Source of the DNA: Terriglobales bacterium
GTDB lineage: Bacteria; Acidobacteriota; Aminicenantia; Aminicenantales; Saccharicenantaceae
NCBI GenBank assembly: GCA_035543515.1
Contig: DATKJS010000133.1
Coordinates: 1,134-65,133, forward strand
Direction: 5' to 3'
Length of the DNA: 64,000 bases
Below the pieces are notes generated by a model. The model was given only the letters and a program-made list of their open reading frames with translations. It did no database searches and was not told the DNA's origin. Position 1 is the stretch's first letter. Each line of letters starts with the position of its first letter. The position numbers were made by a program, and so were the translations under genes. Positions 1-10,115 of the stretch are shown in pieces.

Positions 1-1673
1 CCGCCGCCAGCCTCGCGCTCGACCCGCTCGCCGCCGTCATGATCCTTATCGTCACGGGCGTCGGGTTCCTCATCCATGTCTATTCGGCCGGCTACATGGC
101 CGGCGACCGGGACTATGGCCGGTATTTCGGCCTCCTCAACCTCTTCACCTTCTTCATGCTCGTCCTGGTCATGGCCTCGAACATCGTCCTGATGTTCGTC
201 GGGTGGGAAGGCGTCGGCCTCTGCTCTTACCTCCTCATCGGCTTCTGGTTCGAGAGGCCGGCCGCGGCGCGGGCCGGCATGAAGGCCTTCATCGTCACGC
301 GCGTCGGCGACGCGGCTTTCATCCTCGGCCTGCTCGCCCTCGTCGCCGCCGTGGGAGGACCGGAGTTTGCTCGCATCAATGCCGCCGCCGCGGCGGGGCG
401 CTTGGCCCCGGGCCTTGCGACGCTCGTCGCCGTTCTTCTCTTCGCCGGGGCGGTCGGCAAGTCGGCCCAGGTCCCGCTCCACGTCTGGCTTCCGGACGCC
501 ATGGAAGGGCCGACGCCGGTGAGCGCCCTCATCCATGCCGCGACCATGGTCACGGCCGGCGTCTATATGGTGGCCCGGCTGAACGGGCTCTACTCGGCGT
601 CCGCCGCGGCCGGCCCGCTCGTCGCTTCGGTCGGCGCCGGCACGGCCGTCTTCGCCGCGAGCCTGGCCCTGGTCCAGACCGACATCAAGAAGGTCCTGGC
701 CTATTCGACGATCTCCCAGCTCGGCTACATGTTCATCGGGTGCGGCGTGGGCGCCTACGGCGCCGCGATCTTCCACCTCGTGACGCACGCTTTCTTCAAG
801 GGGCTGCTCTTCCTCGCCGCCGGGAGCGTCATCCATGCCCTGTCCGGAGAGCAGGACATCCGGAAGATGGGCGGCCTCCGCCGGCGCCTTCCCCGGACCT
901 TCCCGGCCTTCTTCGTCGCCGCCCTGGCCATTTCAGGCATCCCGTTCCTGTCCGGCTTCTTCTCCAAGGACGCTATCCTGACGAGCGCCTACTCGGGAGG
1001 CCACGTCGCCGTCTGGCTCCTCGGGCTCCTGACCGCCGTGATGACCGCCTTCTATATGTTCCGGCTGGTCTTCCTGACCTTCTTCGGCGAGGAGCGAACG
1101 GATGCCGAGGTCCGCCGTCACATTCATGAATCGCCGCCCGTGATGACCGTTCCGATGGCCGTCCTGGCCGTTCTCTCGGCCCTCGGCGGCCTGATCGGCC
1201 TGCCCGCGGTCTTCGGCGAGCGGGCCGACCTCCTCGGCCGCTTCCTGTCGCCGGTCCTCGGGGCGGCCAAGGCGCCGCCCGCCGCTGTCGAGTGGAACCT
1301 CATCCTCGTCTCCACCGCCGCGACCGCTGGCGGGCTCTTCCTGGCCTATCTTTTCTATCTCCGCTATCCCGGGACTCCGGCCCGGCTGGCCGCCCGGTGG
1401 CCATTTCTCTATCGGACCCTGGTCGGCAAATACTACGTTGACGAGTTCTACGGCGCAGTCTTCGTCCGCCCGCTCTTGCGTGGCTCGGAGTTCGTCTACG
1501 TCTCGTTCGACCTCGCGGTCATCGATGGGGCGCTCAACGGCACGGCAGCGGCCGCGCAGGCCGCCGGCCGGGGCGTCAGCCGATTGCAGACGGGCCGGAT
1601 CAAGGACTATGCCCTGGCCTTCCTCCTCGGCGCCGTCCTGTTCCTCGGATTCATCCTGGCGTGGAAGGCATGA
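1..1673 (+). CDS. nuoL: NADH-quinone oxidoreductase subunit L, 5' end cut by window edge (frame continues from nt 3)
   Basis: Translation [16 protein letters not shown]...[16 protein letters not shown]...[12 protein letters not shown] matches the NuoL/ND5 antiporter-like core. The frame is open upstream of the listed Met to the window start. It is followed by nuoM and nuoN. Confidence 0.93.
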   Translation, partial: AASLALDPLAAVMILIVTGVGFLIHVYSAGYMAGDRDYGRYFGLLNLFTFFMLVLVMASNIVLMFVGWEGVGLCSYLLIGFWFERPAAARAGMKAFIVTRVGDAAFILGLLALVAAVGGPEFARINAAAAAGRLAPGLATLVAVLLFAGAVGKSAQVPLHVWLPDAMEGPTPVSALIHAATMVTAGVYMVARLNGLYSASAAAGPLVASVGAGTAVFAASLALVQTDIKKVLAYSTISQLGYMFIGCGVGAYGAAIFHLVTHAFFKGLLFLAAGSVIHALSGEQDIRKMGGLRRRLPRTFPAFFVAALAISGIPFLSGFFSKDAILTSAYSGGHVAVWLLGLLTAVMTAFYMFRLVFLTFFGEERTDAEVRRHIHESPPVMTVPMAVLAVLSALGGLIGLPAVFGERADLLGRFLSPVLGAAKAPPAAVEWNLILVSTAATAGGLFLAYLFYLRYPGTPARLAARWPFLYRTLVGKYYVDEFYGAVFVRPLLRGSEFVYVSFDLAVIDGALNGTAAAAQAAGRGVSRLQTGRIKDYALAFLLGAVLFLGFILAWKA

Positions 1674-3259
1674 GCGTGCCGATCCTGACCTGCCTGACCT
1701 TTCTTCCGCTCGCCGGCGGGCTGCTGCTCATCTTCCTCCCTCGCGACCGCGTCCGCGAGGCGCGGGCGACCGCCCTCGTCTTCTCCCTGGCCACCTTCGC
1801 TCTGTCGCTCGTCGTTTACGCCCGTTTCGACGGCGCGACGGCCGCCGCCCAGTTCGTCGAGCGGACCCCCTGGCTCGGCCGCGGCCTCAATTACCACGTC
1901 GGGGTCGACGGGCTGAGCCTGTTCCTCGTCCTGATCACGGCCTTCCTCACCCCCATCGCCCTGCTCTCCTCATGGAATGCTGTCACGGACCGCGTCCGAG
2001 AGTTCTCATTCTTCATGCTCCTTCTCGAGACGGGCATGGTCGGCGTCTTCGTCTCGCTGAACCTCTTCCTGTTCTATGTCTTCTGGGAGGCCATGCTCAT
2101 CCCGATGTACTTCCTTATCGGCATCTGGGGCGGACGGCGCCGCGTCTACGCCACGACGAAGTTCGTCCTGGTCACGATGTTCGGCAGCCTGCTCATGCTG
2201 GTCGGGATCTTCGTCCTCTATGCCCGGGCCAACACCGCTGCGGCCGGCCCCTCCCTGGCCTTTCAGGACCTTTACCGGATGACCCTGCCGCCCGGGGTCC
2301 AGACCTGGCTCTTCCTCGCTTTCGCCCTAGCCTTCGCCATCAAGATCCCCCTCTTCCCGCTCCATACGTGGCTGCCCGATGCCCACGTCGAGGCGCCCAC
2401 GGCCGGCTCTGTCCTGCTGGCCGCGGTCCTCCTCAAGATGGGGGCCTACGGTTTCCTCCGCCTGGGGCTGCCGCTCTTCCCGGACGCCGCGAGGACGTTC
2501 CTGCCGGGTCTCTCCGTCCTCGCCGTCATCGGCATCATCTACGGCGGGCTCATGGCCCTCGTCCAGAAGGACATGAAGTCGCTCGTCGCCTATTCGAGCG
2601 TCAGCCACATGGGGCTCATCATGCTGGCCATCTTCGCCCTGAACTTCGAATCCACGGAGGGGGCGCTCTTCCAGATGGTCAACCACGGCCTGAGCACTGG
2701 GGCGCTCTTCCTCTGCGTCGGGCTCCTCTACGAGCGCGGGCACACGAGGCTCATCGCGGACTACGGCGGCGTCGAACGGCGCATGCCCGTCTTCTCCGCC
2801 GTCTTCCTCATCGCCATGCTCTCCTCGATGGGCCTGCCGGGGCTCAATGGCTTTGTCGGCGAGGTCCTCTGCCTGTTCGGCGTCCTGGCCGCGAATAAGC
2901 TCCTGGCCGCCCTGGCCGTGACGACGACGGTCCTCTCGGCATCGTACCTCCTCTGGCTCTTCCGCCGGGTCATGCAGGGTCCGGCCGAGAGCGAGAGGGT
3001 CCTCGGCCTCAGGGATATGGACGCGCGGGAGCGGCTGGTCCTCTTGCCCGTCGTGGCGCTCATTTTCGCGCTCGGGGTCTTCCCGGGGACTGTCCTGAGG
3101 AAGATGGACGCCTCGGTCGCCCGCTACCTCGAGCTCGTCCGGACGAGCCCTGCGGCGCGCACGGACGCAGCCGCCGCCGTACAGCTCATCCCGCCGGCTC
3201 CCCCCAGCGCCGCAGGGGTGACGATTGCCCGCCCGGCCAAGGCGGAGGGATCCAGATGA
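1670..3259 (+). CDS. nuoM: NADH-quinone oxidoreductase subunit M
   Basis: The 530-aa polytopic protein (WEAMLIPMYFLIGIWGG, HTWLPDAHVEAPTAGSVLLA) is NuoM/ND4-like. ATG 1670 overlaps the nuoL stop (ATGA); GTG 1661 is an alternative start. Confidence 0.93.
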   Translation: MSVPILTCLTFLPLAGGLLLIFLPRDRVREARATALVFSLATFALSLVVYARFDGATAAAQFVERTPWLGRGLNYHVGVDGLSLFLVLITAFLTPIALLSSWNAVTDRVREFSFFMLLLETGMVGVFVSLNLFLFYVFWEAMLIPMYFLIGIWGGRRRVYATTKFVLVTMFGSLLMLVGIFVLYARANTAAAGPSLAFQDLYRMTLPPGVQTWLFLAFALAFAIKIPLFPLHTWLPDAHVEAPTAGSVLLAAVLLKMGAYGFLRLGLPLFPDAARTFLPGLSVLAVIGIIYGGLMALVQKDMKSLVAYSSVSHMGLIMLAIFALNFESTEGALFQMVNHGLSTGALFLCVGLLYERGHTRLIADYGGVERRMPVFSAVFLIAMLSSMGLPGLNGFVGEVLCLFGVLAANKLLAALAVTTTVLSASYLLWLFRRVMQGPAESERVLGLRDMDARERLVLLPVVALIFALGVFPGTVLRKMDASVARYLELVRTSPAARTDAAAAVQLIPPAPPSAAGVTIARPAKAEGSR

Positions 3260-4692
3260 GCGGCCTCCTCGCCGTCGCCCCGCTCCTGGCCGTGGCGATC
3301 GGCGCCCTCATCGTGCTCGTTCTCGAAGCCTTCACCCGGCCAAGAAGGGCCGAGCCGCTCGGATACCTCTCGGCCGCCTTCCTGTCCGTGGCGGCGGTCC
3401 TCGGCGCCCGGTCGTGGGGCCGGGACTACTCCGGCTTCGGAGGCCAGATCGTCCTCGACCGCACGGCCGTCCTCCTTTGTGTGGCGATGGCCGTGGCTGG
3501 GGTATTCGTCGTGTTCATGAGCCTCCGCTATCTTCCCCGCCGCGGCATGGACCGCGCCGAATACTACGCCCTCCTCCTCTTCGCCGTCTTGGGCAGCATG
3601 ATCATGGTCTCGACGACGAGCCTGCTGGTCGTCTTTCTCGGCCTCGAGGTCCTCTCGGTCGCGAGCTACGCCCTGGCCGGACTCAGGAAGGATGACCCAA
3701 GGTCGGTCGAGGCGGCGGTCAAGTATTTCCTGATGGGGAGCTTCGCCGCGGCCTTTTTCGTCTTCGGCCTAGCCTTCCTCCACGGCGCGGCGGGCGGCCT
3801 CGAGTTCGGCCGGGTCTGGGGGGCGCTCGGAGGCGCGGCGGCCGGTCCGCGGGCGGCCCTATGGGCTGGGATGGCCCTGGTCGTCACCGGCTTCGGCTTC
3901 AAGATCGCCCTGGCGCCCTTTCACATGTGGGCGCCCGACGTCTATGAGGGAGCGCCGACGCCGGTCACCGCCTTCTTCGCCGTCGGGCCCAAGCTGGCAG
4001 GCCTGGCCGTCCTCTTCCGCTTCCTCGCGCCGCTCGGCAAGGGCGGCGGCGCGCGGCCGGTCCTCTTCTGGCTCGTCTGGGCGGTCGCCGCCCTGACCAT
4101 GGTCCTCGGCAACTTCGGAGCGCTCCGGCAAACGAACGTCAAGCGGCTCCTGGCGTACTCGAGCATCGCCCACTCCGGCTATATCCTGGTGGCCGTCCTG
4201 GCCGCCGACGGTGCGGGCCTCCTCTTTTACCTCGTCGCCTACCTCTTCATGGCTGGCGGCGCGTTCGCCGTCCTCATCGCCGCGGAGAGAGCTGGAACGA
4301 ACGGCGGGGGGATTAGCGACCTGGCAGGGCTCGGGCGGACGCACCCCTGGCTCGCGGCCATGTTCACCGTCTTCCTCGTCTCTCTCGCCGGGTTCCCGCC
4401 GACAGCCGGATTCCTGGCCAAGTTCTATGTTTTCAGCGGCGCCGTGAGGCAGGGGCACGTCGCCCTGTCCGTCATCGCCGTCCTGACCAGCCTCGTCTCC
4501 GTCTATTATTACCTGAAGGTCGTCGTCGTCATGTATATGCGGGAGCCGGGCGCCGCCGCGGTCGAGGTCGACCGGGAGAACCCCGCCCTCGACCTCGTCC
4601 TGTTCCTGTGCCTCGTCGGCGTCATCCAGCTCGGCGTCTGGCCGGGGAATCTCGCCGTCCTCATCCGGCAGGCCGCCGCGGCCCTGTTCTAG
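3256..4692 (+). CDS. nuoN: NADH-quinone oxidoreductase subunit N
   Basis: The membrane protein carries FHMWAPDVYEGAPTPVTAFF, the NuoN/ND2 signature. Its ATG overlaps the nuoM stop (ATGA). It is the last gene of the nuo cluster. Confidence 0.92.
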   Translation: MSGLLAVAPLLAVAIGALIVLVLEAFTRPRRAEPLGYLSAAFLSVAAVLGARSWGRDYSGFGGQIVLDRTAVLLCVAMAVAGVFVVFMSLRYLPRRGMDRAEYYALLLFAVLGSMIMVSTTSLLVVFLGLEVLSVASYALAGLRKDDPRSVEAAVKYFLMGSFAAAFFVFGLAFLHGAAGGLEFGRVWGALGGAAAGPRAALWAGMALVVTGFGFKIALAPFHMWAPDVYEGAPTPVTAFFAVGPKLAGLAVLFRFLAPLGKGGGARPVLFWLVWAVAALTMVLGNFGALRQTNVKRLLAYSSIAHSGYILVAVLAADGAGLLFYLVAYLFMAGGAFAVLIAAERAGTNGGGISDLAGLGRTHPWLAAMFTVFLVSLAGFPPTAGFLAKFYVFSGAVRQGHVALSVIAVLTSLVSVYYYLKVVVVMYMREPGAAAVEVDRENPALDLVLFLCLVGVIQLGVWPGNLAVLIRQAAAALF

Positions 4693-4736
4693 CCCGCTCG
4701 TCGCACCCCGCCTCCATCCTTTCCGGTGTTCGGCCC

Positions 4737-5996
4737 CTATTCAAGCTCGCGGCCGCGCGTCTCGGGGATCCATATCCATAGCGCGGCGGCGGCCACGAAC
4801 GACAGGGCGACCAGCGAGAAGGCGAAGCCGAATCCCCTGGCCTGGGCCAGGCTCCCGACGGCGAGCGGCGCGGCGGCGCTGACGATGCGGCCGGCGTTGT
4901 AGGTCACCCCCTGAGCGGTCGCGCGCACTCCGGTCGGGTAGAGCTCGGCCGTCAGGGCGCCGAAGCCGCTGAAGTAACCCGTGCCAAAAAAGGCCACGAA
5001 CGGGCCGATGAGGAGAAGAAGCAGGGGGGACCGCACCGCCGCGTAGAGAAGAAGGAAGGCGGCGGCGGCGGCGAGGAAGCCGACGTAAGTCCTCTTGCGG
5101 CCGACGCGGTCGCTGATGAAGCCAAAGCTGATGTAGCCAAGCCACATCCCAACCTGCATGAAGATGACCAGTCCGGACATGAGCCGGGTGCTCAGCCCAA
5201 CGCCCCCTGCGGAAGCCGGGAGCGAAAGGTAAGAGGGGATCCAGAGGTTAAGGCCCCACCAGGCGAAGAGCGTCAGCGCGTTCATGGCCGTGACGATGAG
5301 GGTCAGGCGCAGCCGGCCGCGGCCGAAGATCAGCCCCAGCCCGGTCCCCCGCCCTCCCGGCGGCACGCGCCGCGACCGCCAGATCTCCGGCTCCTCGACC
5401 CGGCGCTGGACCCAGAGCGTGAAGAACGCCGGGATGACGCCGATGAAGAAAACCGCCCGCCATCCCCAGCGCGGCATGACCAGGGCCGAAACGGCGGCGG
5501 CCGCGGCATAGCCGACGGCCCAGGCGCTCTGGACGAGGCCGAGAGCCTTGCCGCGGTGGGCCGCCGGCCAGGTCTCGGAGACGAGGGCCGCCCCGCTCGC
5601 CCACTCCCCGCCCATGCCCAGGCCAAGGCAGACCCGGAAGACCGCGAGCAGGACCACCCCGGAAGCGAGCCCGCAGGCGGCGGTGAAGACCGAGTAGATC
5701 AGGATGCTGGCCATCAGCGCGCGCCGGCGGCCGTGGCGGTCGGCGACGAGCCCGAAGAAAAGGCCGCCGAAGGCCGAGGCGGCCAGGGTCAGCGAGCCGA
5801 GCAGGCCGGCCGTCGTCTTGGCGATGCCGAGCTCGGCGATGAGGGCCGAGAGGACGAGGGCGTAGAGCATGACGTCGAAGGAATCCAGCATCCAGCCGAA
5901 GGCTGCGGCGACCAGGGCGCGCCGCGCCGCGGCGGGCGCCTCGCGCCACCAGTCAAAGCGGCGCCCGAGCGAAGGGTTCGGGGTCTCGTCCGGCAT
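4737..5996 (-). CDS. MFS transporter (12-TM, DRxGRR loop motif)
   Basis: Translation has LVADRHGRRRALM and ISDRVGRKRTY loop motifs and repeated hydrophobic spans. I prefer ATG 5996 over the track's TTG 6005, because TTG 6005 directly abuts a -10 box. Confidence 0.85.
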   Translation of the reverse strand: MPDETPNPSLGRRFDWWREAPAAARRALVAAAFGWMLDSFDVMLYALVLSALIAELGIAKTTAGLLGSLTLAASAFGGLFFGLVADRHGRRRALMASILIYSVFTAACGLASGVVLLAVFRVCLGLGMGGEWASGAALVSETWPAAHRGKALGLVQSAWAVGYAAAAAVSALVMPRWGWRAVFFIGVIPAFFTLWVQRRVEEPEIWRSRRVPPGGRGTGLGLIFGRGRLRLTLIVTAMNALTLFAWWGLNLWIPSYLSLPASAGGVGLSTRLMSGLVIFMQVGMWLGYISFGFISDRVGRKRTYVGFLAAAAAFLLLYAAVRSPLLLLLIGPFVAFFGTGYFSGFGALTAELYPTGVRATAQGVTYNAGRIVSAAAPLAVGSLAQARGFGFAFSLVALSFVAAAALWIWIPETRGRELE

Positions 5997-6005
5997 CAGG
6001 ACCAA

Positions 6006-6034
6006 CTTATATTCTGGCGGCCGAGGGTTGTCAA
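6006..6034 (-). promoter_or_regulatory. Candidate sigma70 promoter TTGACA-N17-TATAAG for the MFS gene, 9 nt before ATG 5996 (leaderless-type)
   Basis: Minus strand reads TTGACAaccctcggccgccagaaTATAAGttggtcctgATG. It has a consensus -35, a 17-nt spacer and a 5/6 -10, with no Shine-Dalgarno sequence. Confidence 0.5.
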
Positions 6035-6091
6035 ACCGGCGTACGCGCGTTCTCGCGGCTCATCCTTCGGCCGGAGCGACCCGAAGCCCGT

Positions 6092-6830
6092 TCATTTTCC
6101 ACCGAAAATCTGGTTCTCGAAGGCCTCGACGTCGCGGTAGTAGCGGACGGCGAGGTCCGGGCAGGCGGGATTGGTATAAAGCTCGGCTTTCGGGTGCTCG
6201 ATGAGGTCCCGGATGAGGCCAGCCACCTCTTCGGCTGTCTGCGGGGCCATCGGGGAGCGCCCGCCGCCGGGCATGGGCGGCGTGCCGCCGAGCGCGTTCC
6301 TGGCGAAGTCGGTGCTCACGGCGCCCGGCATGACCAGGGAGACGTGCACGCCGGGATGGGTTCGTCTCAGGTCCATGCGCAGGTTGGCGGTCAGGATGTT
6401 GACGCCGGCCTTGGCCGCATTGTAGGCGGAGCGGAAGCTGACGAACGAGACCCGCCCCAGAAAGGAGGAGACGTTGATGAGATGCCCCTCTCTCCTCTCC
6501 TGGAAGTGGGGGACGACGGCCTGCATGCCGTAAAGGACCGATTTGAGATTGACGGCGATCATTTCGTCGACGTCGGCGTCCGTGAGGTCGAGGACCTTCC
6601 TGCTGATGCCGCGGCCGGCGTTATTGACCCAGACGTCGACCCGTCCGAAGCGGCTCATGGCCTCGGCAAAAAGGCGTCCGATATCGCTCCGACGGGTCGC
6701 GTCCGTGACCACCGCGACGGCCCGCGGGCCAGATTCCGCCGCGACCGCCTCCAGGTCCTGGCGGCGGCAGGCGGACAGGGCGAGCTTCCATCCTTCTGCG
6801 CCGAGCCCGCGGGCGAAAAGGAGAAGAACG
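6092..6830 (-). CDS. SDR-family oxidoreductase lacking the N-terminal TGxxxGxG NAD(P) loop; possible gene remnant
   Basis: NNAG, the catalytic Ser and the YNAAK motif are present. The Gly-rich Rossmann motif is absent. The track ORF's first 33 codons (6832-6928) lie on rnpB. The first canonical start after the rnpB end is GTG at about 6712. Confidence 0.6.
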
Positions 6831-7123
6831 GCCGGAGCGGGACGTAAGCCGAATTCTGTTCCCGCCGAAGCGGGGGCGGTTATTTGTCTAGTCCCCGGAT
6901 TGCTCCGGGGCCCCAGCGGCCGACCCACCCCCTGGGACGGGCCGTCCCAAAACGGGGTTCGTTTGGCCTTGCTCCGGATGGGGTTTGCCGTGCCCCCGGT
7001 GTCGCCACCGGGGCGGTGAGCTCTTGCCTCGCCATTTCACCCTTGCTCCCCGGGGAGGCTGCGCCTCTCCCGGAGGGCGGTGTCCTTTCTGTGGCACTTT
7101 CCCCCGGTCGCCCGGAGTCGCCG

Positions 7124-8578
<1,455 letters not shown>

Positions 8579-8645
8579 GGTCCTTCCTTCGCTACCCCCG
8601 CGATTCTAGCACACTCGACGGCCCCGGGCAAAGCCACGCCGAAGA

Positions 8646-8670
8646 TAGGGACTGTCCCTCTTTGTCCCTA
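8646..8670. promoter_or_regulatory. Inverted/direct repeat TAGGGAC-T-GTCCCT...TTGTCCCTA, candidate enhancer (UAS) for the adjacent sigma54 activator
   Basis: The repeat is read directly from the sequence and sits about 45 bp upstream of the -24 element in the divergent intergenic region. Confidence 0.35.
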
Positions 8671-8697
8671 GATGCCCCGTCCCCCTATGTGCTAAAC

Positions 8698-8713
8698 TGG
8701 CATAGCGGTTGCA
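8698..8713 (+). promoter_or_regulatory. Sigma54 (-24/-12) promoter TGGCAT-N5-TTGCA
   Basis: cTGGCATagcggTTGCAg has the canonical GG-N10-GC spacing. It lies upstream of the M16 peptidase pair and diverges from a sigma54 activator gene. Confidence 0.7.
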
Positions 8714-8735
8714 GAAGCTGCCCTTCGAGGAAATC

Positions 8736-10115
8736 GTGCGCGTGGTTCGTGCGTCATTGGCCCTCCTCCTTGCGGTCCTTCTCGTCCTGTCCCTATCCGT
8801 CCGGGCGGCGGACGACGAAGCCCCGGGCCGCTCGTTCGTCCTGCCGAACGGGCTGAAGGTCTTCCTCTACGAGAAACACGACCTACCCCTTGTGAACATC
8901 GCCCTCGCCGTCGACGCCGGCTCCAAGGACGAGGCCGAGGCGACGAGCGGCGTCGCCCACCTCCTCGAGCACTGCCTTCTCTTCCGCGGCACGGAATTCC
9001 GCTCGGGGTCGGAGGTCGGCCGCGAGCTCCGCCGCCGCGGCGCCTATTTCAACGCCAACACGGGCCAGGACCTGACCGTGTTCGAGCTCGCTTGCCCGTC
9101 CGGCCAGGCGGACTTCGCCCTGCGCAACCAGCGAGAGATCGTCTTCGGATTCGCCCTGACCCAGGCCGAGGTCGATGACGAGAAGGCCGTCGTCCTGGAG
9201 GAGTTGAAGCAGACCGAAGACGACCCGGATCGCCACGGCGCCGACCTCACCCTGCAGCGGCTGTTTTCCGGCCATCCCTACGGACGTCCGGTTTATGGCC
9301 GGCCCGATATCATCCGTTCCGCCCGGGTCGAGGACCTGTTTGCCTTCCACGCGCGATATTTCGTCCCCAATAACTGCTCGCTGGCGGCGGTCGGGGACTT
9401 CCGGACCGACGAGATGGAAGCCCGCGTCCGCGACATCTTCGGACCGCTCAAGGCGGCGGACGTCCCCGCCAGGGCCATCCCCAAGGCCGCCGCGCTCAAG
9501 GCCAGCGCCACGTTCGAGGAGAGGAAGGACGTCAAGGACGGCTATCTTTTCCTCGGCTGGGTCGGCCCGGACTGCAATCACCCCGACCAGTACGCTGTCG
9601 GCCTGCTCGCCGAGGTCCTCGGCCGCGGCCTCAACCCCCTCCTCAACATCGCGCTGCGCAGCCGCTGGGACCTTGTCCAAAGCATGACCATGAGCTATCT
9701 CCCGAACCGCTTCGGCGGGGCGGTCATCGTCGCCCTCAAGCTCGAGCCGAAGAACGTGCAGGCCGCGACCCGGGAGGCCCTGAATTACCTCCGCCGCTGC
9801 CACGCCGAGAATTTCTCTAAGGATGATTACCCCGGCGACGAGCGGTTCGAGGCCTTCGATTTCCTGGGCAGCGCGAAGAACCAGGTCCGGTTCGCCTCCG
9901 AGCAGGCCGAGGAATCCGGGCTCGTCCTGGCTTCTTCGCTGGCCCGCTTCATGCTCCTCAACGAGCGCGACAGGCCGGGCCGGTTCCTGGACCACATCGC
10001 GCGGACCACATCGAGCGACCTGAGGAGGGTGGCCATGACCTATTTCGGCCGGGGCGGGTCGGTCGCGGTCTCCATCGTGCCGTCGAAGACAGCGAGGAAC
10101 GGGGGAACGAAATGA
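8736..10115 (+). CDS. M16 (pitrilysin) family zinc peptidase, catalytic subunit, secreted
   Basis: HLLEH is the inverted zinc motif HxxEH. The signal peptide reads MRVVRASLALLLAVLLVLSLSVRA. GTG 8736 has GAGGA 4 nt upstream. The track's TTG 8709 lies inside the -12 promoter element. Confidence 0.85.
   Translation: MRVVRASLALLLAVLLVLSLSVRAADDEAPGRSFVLPNGLKVFLYEKHDLPLVNIALAVDAGSKDEAEATSGVAHLLEHCLLFRGTEFRSGSEVGRELRRRGAYFNANTGQDLTVFELACPSGQADFALRNQREIVFGFALTQAEVDDEKAVVLEELKQTEDDPDRHGADLTLQRLFSGHPYGRPVYGRPDIIRSARVEDLFAFHARYFVPNNCSLAAVGDFRTDEMEARVRDIFGPLKAADVPARAIPKAAALKASATFEERKDVKDGYLFLGWVGPDCNHPDQYAVGLLAEVLGRGLNPLLNIALRSRWDLVQSMTMSYLPNRFGGAVIVALKLEPKNVQAATREALNYLRRCHAENFSKDDYPGDERFEAFDFLGSAKNQVRFASEQAEESGLVLASSLARFMLLNERDRPGRFLDHIARTTSSDLRRVAMTYFGRGGSVAVSIVPSKTARNGGTK

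Noticed and set aside
6832-6880. ITAPASAGTEFG in the track SDR ORF, considered as a degenerate TGxxxGxG cofactor loop.
   Set aside because: These codons are the universally conserved rnpB 3' region (ACAGAATTCGGCTTA). The spacing to the following helix/strand does not fit an SDR Rossmann fold, so the resemblance is coincidental.
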